64,000 bases of DNA, from NCBI RefSeq assembly GCF_009914755.1, contig NC_060927.1; one strand, given 5' to 3'. The notes under the pieces were generated by a model, which was given only the letters and a program-made list of their open reading frames with translations, was not told the DNA's origin and did not search any database. The stretch is from the human T2T-CHM13v2.0 reference genome, Homo sapiens. Made by a program: the position numbers and the translations under genes. This document shows positions 46,101 to 64,000 of the stretch, piece after piece (the first letter of the stretch is position 1; each line of letters starts with the position of its first letter).

Positions 46101-47163
46101 TAGCAGGATGTTTGTGCGCTTCATGGAAGAGTCAGGACCTTTCTCTGTTCTGGAAACTAGGCTTTTGCAGATGGGATTTTTTCACTGAAAAATTCAACAC
46201 CAACAATAAATATTTATTGAGTACCTATTATTTGCTGGGCACTGTTCAGGGGATGTGTCAGTGAATAAAATAGATTAAAATCTATTCTCTTCTGATGCTT
46301 ACATTATAGTGGTGGGAGACAAAATGGGTATAATAAATATTATATTAGATAGCATTAAGTGCTGTGGAGAAAACTAAAGCAGGGAGGAAGATAGGAGTGT
46401 GCAAGCCAGAAAGGTTGCAATTAAATTGAGTAGTTCAGGAAGGCTTCAATATGGATGTGATATTTGAGAGACCGGTGGAAGTCAAGGAGCAAGTTGTGAG
46501 GCTATTTAAAGGTATTCTTGGCTTACAGAACAATATACGCAAAGACTATTAAATGGAAGCATACCTGACATGTTAAAGGACTATCAAGGAGGCCAGTTTG
46601 TCTAGAGGCTGAAAAGGAAAGAGTAATAGGAGATGAGGTCTGAGTGAAAACACGTAAATCCTTGTGGGCCAAGGTAAAATCTTTAGCTTTTTTTCTGAAT
46701 ATGGTGGGATACTGTTAGAGGGTTTTAAGCAGAGGTTACGTGGTGTGGTGAGTTTTTTTTTTTTAATCCTTTGTCTTTCTGTGTGGAAAATAGCAGGACA
46801 GGGCAGAAGCAGTCTGTCCTGCAGACTGCTTGGTCGCAGTAGAGATGTAAGAAGCAGTGAGATTCTGGGTTAATTATGGAGGCAAAGTTCTCAGAATTTG
46901 CTGATATAGGGTATGAGAGAAAGAGGAATCAGGAATGATTTCAAGGTTTTGGTCTGCTAAATGGAAGGAGTTGCCATTTACTAAGATGGGAAAGACTATG
47001 AAAGAAGCAGATTTTCAGAGAGATCAGAAGTTCATTTTGGGGCATGTTCAATTTAAGATGCCTGTTAGTTGGATGTTTATGTGAGTTTGGAATGCAGGGT
47101 AGAGATTTAGGGATGAATATTTGGTAGTTGTCTGCATTTTAATGGTATTAAAAGCCACGAGAA

Positions 47164-48230
<1,067 letters not shown>

Positions 48231-48235
48231 TTTTT

Positions 48236-49111
48236 TAAATTTTATTATTATACTTTAAGTTTTAGGGTACATGTGCACAACATGCAGGTTTGTTACATAT
48301 GTATACATGTGCCATGTTGGTGTGCTGCACCCATTAAGTCATCATTTAGCATTAGGTATATCTCCTAATGCTATCCCTCCCCCCTCCCCCACCCCACAAC
48401 AGTCCCCAGTGTGTGATGTTCCCCTTTCTGTGTCCATGTGTTCTCATTGTTCAATTCCCACCTATGAGTGAGCACATGCAGTGTTTGGTTTTTTGTCCTT
48501 GTGATAGTTTGCTGAGAATGATGGTTTCCAGCTTCATCCATGTCCCTGCAAAGGACATGAACTCATCATTTTTTGTGGCTGCATAGTATTCCATGGTGTA
48601 TATGTGCCACCTTTTCTTAATCCAGTCTATCATTGTTGGACATTTGGGTTGGTTCCAAGTCTTTGCTATTGCGAATAGTGCTGCAGTAAACATACGTGTG
48701 CATGTGTCTTTATAGCAGCATGATTTATAATCCTTTGGGTATATACCCAGTAATGGGATGGCTGGGTCAAATGGTATTTCTAGTTCTAGATCCCTGAGGA
48801 ATTGCCACACTGACTTCCACAATGGTTGAACTAGTTTACAGTCCCACCAACAGTGTAAAAGTGTTCCTATTTCTCCACATCCTCTCCAGCACCTGTTGTT
48901 TCCTGACTTTTTAAGATCGCCATTCTAACTGGTGTGAGATGGTATCTCATTGTGGTTTTGATTTGCATTTCTCTGATGGCCAGTGATGATGAGCATTTCT
49001 TCATGTGTTTTTTGGCTGCATAAATGTCTTCTTTCGAGAAGTGTCTGTTCATATCCTTCACTCACTTTTTGATGGGGTTGTTTGTTTTTTTCTTGTAAAT
49101 TTGAGTTCATT
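48236..49111 (-). mobile_element. L1PA (about PA4) 3' 0.9 kb in MLH1 intron 2
   Basis: ORF2 C-terminal translation WKSVWQFLRDLELEIPFDPAIPLLGIYPKDYKSCCYKDTCTRMF plus 3' UTR and poly(A). Confidence 0.95.
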
Positions 49112-49124
49112 GAAAAATTAGAAT

Positions 49125-50297
<1,173 letters not shown>

Positions 50298-50324
50298 TTA
50301 TTTACTCATCTTTTTGGTATCTAA

Positions 50325-50432
<108 letters not shown>

Positions 50433-51325
50433 TAAAGATTCAAGAAATGTGTAAAATATCCTCCTGTGATGACATTGTCTGTCATTTGTTAGTATGTATT
50501 TCTCAACATAGATAAATAAGGTTTGGTACCTTTTACTTGTTAAATGTATGCAAATCTGAGCAAACTTAATGAACTTTAACTTTCAAAGACTGAGAATTGT
50601 TCATAAATAAACTATTTTACCTGCAGAGACCTCTGATATATGTTTCTTGATGGAAGTACCCAGTACCACCTATGAAGTTTTCTTGTCAAAAAATCAAATG
50701 TGAATCTGATCATTACTTAGATCTAAGTACCAATATATGAAAAATATAGGAGACAAGGAAGCATGGTAAATGATACTGAGATTGGGAGACTACATGGAAA
50801 AAGACTTGTTCCCTTCAACAGATAGACAGCAGGGAAAAAAGAATAGAGAAAGGAGTAAAGAACCTGTAGATTAAAAGACATTTAAGGGACATATGAACCA
50901 GGTCCAGTGTATAGATCTTACCTAAATCCTGATGGAGCAAACTATAAAAAAATTTTTTTGAGACAAATGTTTGAATACAGGTTGACTATTTGATGGCATT
51001 AAGGAGAAATTATGAATTATCTTGGTATAAGAATATTGTCATGGGTTTTTTTTTTTGAGTCCTTACCTGTTAAGATACATACTAAAATATTTGTGGGTAA
51101 AATTATATGACGTATAGGAGTATATGATTTAGAAAACGGATTAAAATATAAAAGGATAAAATAGGATCTTATATTTTGTGACTCACTTCCTGTTGGATAT
51201 CTTTCTACCCAGTAAATATAGTCCTATCTAGGTTTTAATGGCTACATGTATGTACTGTAGTTTGTTTAAATGGTTTCCTATTGAACATTTATGCTCTTTG
51301 CCATTTTTTCCTGTTTAACGTTCTG

Positions 51326-53025
51326 TTTTTTTTTTTTGTTTTTTTTTTTTTTTGAGACAGTCTTGCTCTGTTATCCAGACTGGAGTGCAGTGACATGATC
51401 TCAGCTCACTGCAACCTCTGCCTTCTGGGTTCAAGCTATTCTCCTGCCTCAGCCTCCTGAATAGCTGTGATTACAGGCGTGCACCACTATGCCCAGCTAA
51501 TTTTTGTATTTTGGGTAGAGACAGGGTTTGGCCATGTTGGCCAGGCTGGTCTTGAACTCCTGACCTTGAATGATCTGCCCGCCTTGGCCTTGCAAAGTGC
51601 TGGGGTTACAGGCATGAGCCACCACGTCTGGCCTTGTTTAAGGTCCTGATGAGTATTCTTATAGGTACACTGTGTTTCATTTAATTATTTCCTTAGGATA
51701 AATTTATAGAAATAACATTCCTTGGTAAAAGAATACATATTTTAAAAACTGTATTAGTTTCCTGTTGCTGTCAAAAAATTTCCAGAAACTTAGTGGCATT
51801 AAACAATACAAATTAATTATTCTACAGTTCTGGAGATCAGAAGATACGGGTCTTACTAGGCCTCACTAGGCTAAAATCAAGGTTTTGGCAGGGCTGTGTT
51901 CCTCTATGGAGGTTCCAAGGGACCAGAGAAACTACTTTACAGTAGTTATTTTAAGGGAATGAAAGTGAAGATGGGGTTGGGCAGTCAAAGAGGCTGTTAC
52001 TTTTCATTTTTGGCCTTTCAGTAGTTTGAATTTTTTTATCATATACATGTATTACTTTAATTTTTAAAAAGTAAAAAGCAGCTGTGATTCAGTCTCTGTA
52101 ATTTAGATCAATTTACATCAAACTAGGGTGGTCTCATGTGTTGTCTTGCTCACAGTGACCACTAGATTATTCCAAGAAGGGACAATTTCCAAGACTTGGT
52201 TTACACTGAGACGGCTCCTGATTTTAAGGATACCTTAGATCAAACTCTAGGAAGGCAGTTTCATTTTGGCCTTGCAGTTCCCTGGGTCATTTTCCAAGCC
52301 CATGGCCTCCTGGAGTCTTCGCCTAGCTGTAGGTTATCTTTGTGGCTATTATTTCACTGTAATTATACAGGAAGATTTATTGAGGGATTTCTGTGTACCA
52401 GCCGTGGTTCTCAGCACTTTGTATACTTTGTATTAACTCTGACTCCTGACAGTAACTCTACAGAGGTTCTGCTGTTACCCAGTTTTACATAGAAACATGG
52501 CCAGCGGACGCAGTTAGAAAATGGCAAAGTGGGGATTAGAAACTAGGCAGTTTGACTCCAGAGTCTGTGCCCCTGTCCACTTGGCTCCACTGCTGGGGAA
52601 GAGGCCTCTGAAGCAGCAGGACCATCTGCTGTGCCGTGTGTAGTGGTACTCTATCTTCCTGGTGTGATGTTGTGTTCTACTTTGCATTTTCATGTCTTTC
52701 CTTATACAGGTCTCAAAATCATTTACTTTTTTTTTTTTTTTTTTGAGACGGAGTCTCACTCTGTTGCCCAGGCTAGAGTGTAGTGGCATAGTCTCACTCA
52801 CTGCAACCTCCGCCTCCGAGGTTCAAGTAATTCTCCTGCCTCAGCCTCCCAAGTAGCTCGGATTACAGGCACATGCCACCACAGCTAGCAAATTTTTGTA
52901 TTTTTAGTAGAGATTGGTGTTTCACCATGTTGGCCAGGCTGTTCTTGAACTCCTGACCTCAGGTGATCCACCCACCTAGGCCTCCCAAAGTGCTGGGATT
53001 ACAGGCGTGAGCCACCCCACCCAGC
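51326..53025 (-). mobile_element. Intron 3 antisense Alus (51326-51633; 52726-53025)
   Basis: Alu consensus. Confidence 0.85.
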
Positions 53026-53774
53026 CTTATATTTTTTAATGATGCACATTAGCTCAATTACATAAACCAGGGAAATCCAGCTAGGACCTGGTGATTTCTG
53101 AGCCTGACCCATGTGACTTTCAATGAACTGAACTTGCCACAGCTGTATTTACTGTCTACTGAGATGCTGTCACACAGACCCCGTCATAGCACAGTTCCTG
53201 AGTTACATCTTTACATACTGTAGTATCCTTCTTGTGAAAAAAGATACAGATTCCAAAGGTCTGAGAAACCAATCTTGGTTATAAAGGGGAAAAATGGTCA
53301 TGGGTTTTTAAAATTTGTTTTGTCTTAATTGCATTTCAAATTTACATTTCTAAATGAATAATTGCTTATATAAAGCAGTTTTGATTAACAATATAAAACA
53401 CTATCTATTTGGAGTGATTCCTTTACCCATTTCTGAAGGCAAGTTTTAAAAATTACTAGAAGACACTTCATTGAGAATATTATTAAACATGCCTATAGTT
53501 CTACCACCTCAACACAATTGCTTATTAACACATTAATGTTTTGGTGTGTTTTGGACTTTTTAATATGTATTTTTCACTTGTTCTAGTAATTATGCTACAG
53601 ATTGATCATTTCTTTTTCAACATGTCATCAAAGCAAGTGAGCAAAGTGCTCATCGTTGCCACATATTAATACAAAATGGAAGCAGCAGTTCAGATAACCT
53701 TTCCCTTTGGTGAGGTGACAGTGGGTGACCCAGCAGTGAGTTTTTCTTTCAGTCTATTTTCTTTTCTTCCTTAG

Positions 53775-53960
<186 letters not shown>

Positions 53961-54503
53961 TGAGTACGTTTTCTTTTCTCCTTATTGATAAATTGATAAT
54001 CCTCAAGGATGATTATTAGGTGATACTCTTACTTCATGGATTCTTAAAAGATATGATTTAACATATTACAAGTGCCTAGCAAGGTGTCTGTTACACGTAG
54101 GTATTTTAAGTAAATGGTAGCTGCTGATGTAATTTCTGCCCCTTTGCCCTTCAGTTGGGGTATTGCTTTGGACCGATTAGAGGGCTGTGGCTGGGATGCT
54201 AAAGGTTCATGTTTCCTTAGCTGGCTCCTGAGCCACCAGCTCCCACCACCTGTGTATACCTGTGCTAGTTTGCCTTCCCACAAGTAGCTGCTGGCTATCT
54301 GTTATGCTGGTACAGTTTTCAGAAACTGATGAATGGCCTTTGAACAGAACAAAAATGAGATTCAGAATAACAAAATTGCACCTTTGTTTTTATAAGCACT
54401 GGCCATTCACTAGTTGAAGACTGGTAGGAATACCTAATTCATGCCAAAAGAAAGATAATTTTTAAAAATCACACAGGTTGTTTGTAGATTAAAAGGGAAA
54501 ATA

Positions 54504-56189
<1,686 letters not shown>

Positions 56190-56293
56190 TCCAATTCAAA
56201 TGATTATGGAAGTAGTGGAGAAATAAACAGGAAAATGATAAATAATTAAGATAATATATAATATGGCTATATTTTAATCTATTGTTGATATGA

Positions 56294-56467
<174 letters not shown>

Positions 56468-57123
56468 TGAAGCTTTGTTTGTATAAATATTGGAATAAAA
56501 AATAAAATTGCTTCTAAGTTTTCAGGGTAATAATAAAATGAATTTGCACTAGTTAATGGAGGTCCCAAGATATCCTCTAAGCAAGATAAATGACTATTGG
56601 CTTTTGTGGCATGGCAGCCTGCCACGTCCTTGTCTTTTTTAAGGGCTAGGAGATTCTTTATTGGGATGGCAAAAGTCAATGGCAGGGTAGTTGTCATTGA
56701 AAGAAGATTAAGCTTGACCCCAGAAGGCATGGGTTAGAGCCCAGCCTTGTCACTCAATGGTTGTATGTCCAGAGGCAAGTCACTTAACATCCCTTAACCC
56801 CAGTTTTCTCATCTGTCAAATGAAGCAAAGAATACTTGCCCTCTTGACTTAAAGGGTGTCTGATGAGACATATGACTGTATCATTAGCTGGGAGAAAGTC
56901 CATCGTGCTGCCTATGTATAGTGCCTCAAGTTGGTCTCTTTCCCTTCTATGATTACACAAAGCACTCCGCTGTCATGTTATCCATCCCGCCCCTCCATTC
57001 CAAGTCCCATCTAGAGCACATCTTCTTGAAGTCCACTGTAACCTGCCTAATCCTGGATGTGACGAGCCAGGCAGGAGGCAGAAAAGAATGTGTGTTTTGC
57101 AATACATGTTAAGAGACATCTTG

Positions 57124-57828
<705 letters not shown>

Positions 57829-58187
57829 TGAATGCCATGTGATACTATACTTGTCAGTTTACATGTGTGTCCCACTAAATCATGTACTCTCCTGAGCAGG
57901 ATCATGCTTTGTCTTCATATTTTCTGTACAAAGCAAAGACTCTGACACAAAGCTAGCCCCCAGTGCATAGTTGAGAAATCAGTGAATGAATGTGGGAGGC
58001 AGGAAAAATGTCCTTTAATTCTTCTGTTAATGCTGTCTTATCCCTGGCCCCAGTCAGTGCTTAGAACTGTGCTGTTGGTAAATATAATTGGATTCACTAT
58101 CTTAAGACCTCGCTTTTGCCAGGACATCTTGGGTTTTATTTTCAAGTACTTCTATGAATTTACAAGAAAAATCAATCTTCTGTTCAG

Positions 58188-58279
58188 GTGGAGGACCTTT
58201 TTTACAACATAGCCACGAGGAGAAAAGCTTTAAAAAATCCAAGTGAAGAATATGGGAAAATTTTGGAAGTTGTTGGCAG
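58188..58279 (+). CDS. MLH1: MLH1 exon 6 (c.454-545)
   Basis: ttcag|[31 protein letters not shown]|gtacag. Confidence 0.99.
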
Positions 58280-58875
58280 GTACAGTCCAAAATCTGGGAG
58301 TGGGTCTCTGAGATTTGTCATCAAAGTAATGTGTTCTAGTGCTCATACATTGAACAGTTGCTGAGCTAGATGGTGAAAAGTAAAACTAGCTTACAGATAG
58401 TTTCTGGTCAAGGTTTAGCCACCAATTTTGCAGTTTCTCTCATCTCCCCAGGAAAGAGCAGTTGGTCTTTAGATCAATGAGAGCTCTTTTATGGCAGACA
58501 AAACAAAGTGACTCTAGCCAACTTGAGCTAAAAAGAAATTTAGTGGAAGGCTAGGAGTTACCACATGAAGTGTGTGCAGCTGCCCCTTGGAGAGAATAAG
58601 AACCAGGGTGCCTCTGGGACTTAACATCATTACTGTACTCCAGTTGTTTTCATTCTTTTCCTGACTTTGCTCTAGAGTCAGTTTCCTAACAGAGTACATT
58701 CGATGATCATGTGCCCATATCTGTGGGGAGAAGATTTCTTGATTGGCAGTCTTACTAAGGGTGCATATCAAGTAGAATGGAATAGAGGTAGTTTCCTAAA
58801 GGAAGATGAGAGGCTGTTACCAGGAGGAGGAGAAGGGATTCAGGACAGATGAAAACAACGTTATATCCATGATAG

Positions 58876-60950
<2,075 letters not shown>

Positions 60951-61164
60951 TCAGTCACCTTTAGCATTTTTATTTCCATGAAGTTTCTGCTGGTTTATTT
61001 TTCTGTGGGTAAAATATTAATAGGCTGTATGGAGATATTTTTCTTTATATGTACCTTTGTTTAGATTACTCAACTCCACTAATTTATTTAACTAAAAGGG
61101 GGCTCTGACATCTAGTGTGTGTTTTTGGCAACTCTTTTCTTACTCTTTTGTTTTTCTTTTCCAG

Positions 61165-61207
61165 GTATTCAGTACACAATGCAGGCATTAGTTTCTCAGT
61201 TAAAAAA
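61165..61207 (+). CDS. MLH1: MLH1 exon 7 (c.546-588)
   Basis: ccag|YSVHNAGISFSVKK|gtaagt. Confidence 0.99.
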
Positions 61208-61316
61208 GTAAGTTCTTGGTTTATGGGGGATGGTTTTGTTTTATGAAAAGAAAAAAGGGGATTTTTAATAGTTTGCTGGTGGAGATAAGGTTATGATGTT
61301 TCAGTCTCAGCCATGA

Positions 61317-61661
<345 letters not shown>

Positions 61662-62216
61662 TGAATCATGTGTTCTTTCAAGGTCTTAGTCTTGAAAATA
61701 TTTATAGTGTAGTAGAACTATTTTATCCTCCAATGCTCCTTCTTTTCCTTGTATTTCCATTATCATCACTTTAGGATTTCACTTATTTATCATTCAACAT
61801 TTATTAATTGCCTCTCATATTCCAGGCTTTGTGCTAGAAGTTAGGGATATAAAGACAAATAAGATATTTCCTGCCCTTAAAGACTAGATTCGTGTTGCTA
61901 AGTCTTCATTATCAAGAAAAGCATAAGTGGGGAAAAGTGCTTGCATTATGGATTCCTCATAGTTGCTCCCCTCTGCATGTAAAAATCACCATTTCCATCA
62001 TAGATTCCTAGCGGTCTCAGGACTTTATAAAGCCCAAAGTGCCTATGTCATAATATGAGGAAAAATACTGAGACCCTTCCATATATGGGAGGTATATGGA
62101 TGAGACAGCTCCTGACTTCACTTTTCCCAGAAATCTGAAAAGCAGCAGCAGTCATTCCAGAGCCCAGTTTCTACTTTGAAGGGCAGATTATTTATTCTTT
62201 GAGCTAACCTGACTGA

Positions 62217-62554
<338 letters not shown>

Positions 62555-63518
62555 ACTATTTTCTTTCTAATTGTTAATGAATTAATTTTTTAAAACTGTG
62601 CTCCTAGAGCGAAGGGAGAGCTCTGTTTACAGTGTAACTTTTCAGAGCTTCTTTAACTAGATTTTAAGATCAGAATTAGTTGTTGTGAAATCTTAGGGAC
62701 TGTACAAGATTAGAAATCCTCTATAGCAGCATTTCCCAAAGCAGGCTTCCAGAACACTAGCCTCATGAGGCATTTTGGGAAAAAAGAGTTTGCTGGTTCA
62801 GTGTGTATGGGCAGTGCCACAAGCCGTACCCTCCGTTGAAGACACTCATTCCACACATTACTGCATAAAAAGCTTCCACCAGCCATTCGGCAAACTTATT
62901 GAGTGTCTGCTATTTCCTGGGTATTGTGCTATATGGTAGGGTTATAGTAGTGAACAAAGAAGAAATGATGCCTGCTCTCAGCTGACTTTGCAGTTGGAAA
63001 GACACATGAAATAATTACGCCATTCATTAGCAGATTGTGCTAGATGCCTCACTGGAAAAATAAAGGACATGATGGAAAACTCTGTAGGGTCAGAGAAAGG
63101 GATCATTAGAGAAGGTTCTTTGAAGAAATATTTTTTGAAATATGAAGGATAAATAGGAATTAACTAGGTACCAATAGGTTAGGAGTAGAGCTTTCCAGAC
63201 AGAGGGACTAGTTCTTGGGAAGGTCTCCAGACAGAAATAAGTGTGGCTTGTCTGAGGACCTCTTATTCGCCTATTAACCTTCCCTCCCCAGTAAACACTC
63301 CTGGGAACAACACACATTGTAGAACCACGTTGTGGTGCTGTTCAGTATAGCAAGTAATTCAGCAGAGATAAGTTCTTGGAATCTCATCTTTGGGATTTAG
63401 TTACTAAGATACATTCAAGTTTGAGCAAAATAAGGTCTCAGAGCTTGGATTCATTGTTCTGTTCCAGCAATTAGAGCAGTACCTGGCACATAGCACAAGT
63501 GCTTGAAAACACTGACTG

Positions 63519-63620
63519 AGTAGGGTAGGTGGGTGAGTGGGTGGGTGGGTGGGTGGGTGGATGGATGGATGGGAGGATGGGTGGGTGAATGGGTGAACAG
63601 ACAAATGGATGGATGAATGG
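63519..63620 (+). repeat. (GGGT)n/(GGAT)n simple repeat at an L2 3' tail
   Basis: Direct reading; preceded by CAGTACCTGGCACATAG L2 end motif. Confidence 0.88.
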
Positions 63621-63776
63621 ACAGGCACAGGAGGACCTCAAATGGACCAAGTCTTCGGGGCCCTCATTTCACAAAGTTAGTTTATGGGAAGGAACCTTGT
63701 GTTTTTAAATTCTGATTCTTTTGTAATGTTTGAGTTTTGAGTATTTTCAAAAGCTTCAGAATCTCTTTTCTAATAG

Positions 63777-63889
63777 AGAACTGATAGAAATTGGATGTGA
63801 GGATAAAACCCTAGCCTTCAAAATGAATGGTTACATATCCAATGCAAACTACTCAGTGAAGAAGTGCATCTTCTTACTCTTCATCAACC
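63777..63889 (+). CDS. MLH1: MLH1 exon 9 (c.678-790); gene continues beyond the window
   Basis: aatag|[37 protein letters not shown]|gtaagt. Confidence 0.99.
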
Positions 63890-64000
63890 GTAAGTTAAAA
63901 AGAACCACATGGGAAATCCACTCACAGGAAACACCCACAGGGAATTTTATGGGACCATGGAAAAATTTCTGATCCATAGGTTTGATTAAACATGGAGAAA

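Noticed and set aside
48451-49110. L1 ORF2-like peptides
   Set aside because: 5'-truncated, frameshifted L1PA fragment; cannot retrotranspose

Overview
Human DNA, recognisable as the chr3p22.2 MLH1 locus. It contains about 34 kb of repeat-dense upstream sequence, the complete intronless EPM2AIP1 gene (- strand, CDS 40627-42450, 607 aa), a shared CpG-island bidirectional promoter, and MLH1 exons 1-9 (+ strand, ATG at 42921). The MLH1 exons splice into one open frame matching the canonical protein as I recall it, with the c.-93G and c.655A/Ile219 alleles. Upstream lie a processed PRADC1 pseudogene whose 5' end keeps a dense CpG cluster, a full-length U6atac snRNA copy fused to an L1 3' end inside one TSD, a solo LTR8 nested in an Alu monomer, and many Alu, L1, L2, MaLR and hAT remnants. 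I see no wholly new gene system. The most notable signals are: EPM2AIP1 as a catalytically eroded hAT transposase head-to-head with MLH1; the U6atac/L1 chimera; a candidate 54-nt poison exon in MLH1 intron 1; a palindromic CTCF-like site about 35 kb upstream; a perfect 71-bp tandem duplication before exon 3; a (GGGT)5 quadruplex before exon 9; and serial Alu insertions into the same target sites. Repeat subfamily names and comparisons to reference sequences are from recall, not searches, and repeat boundaries are approximate.
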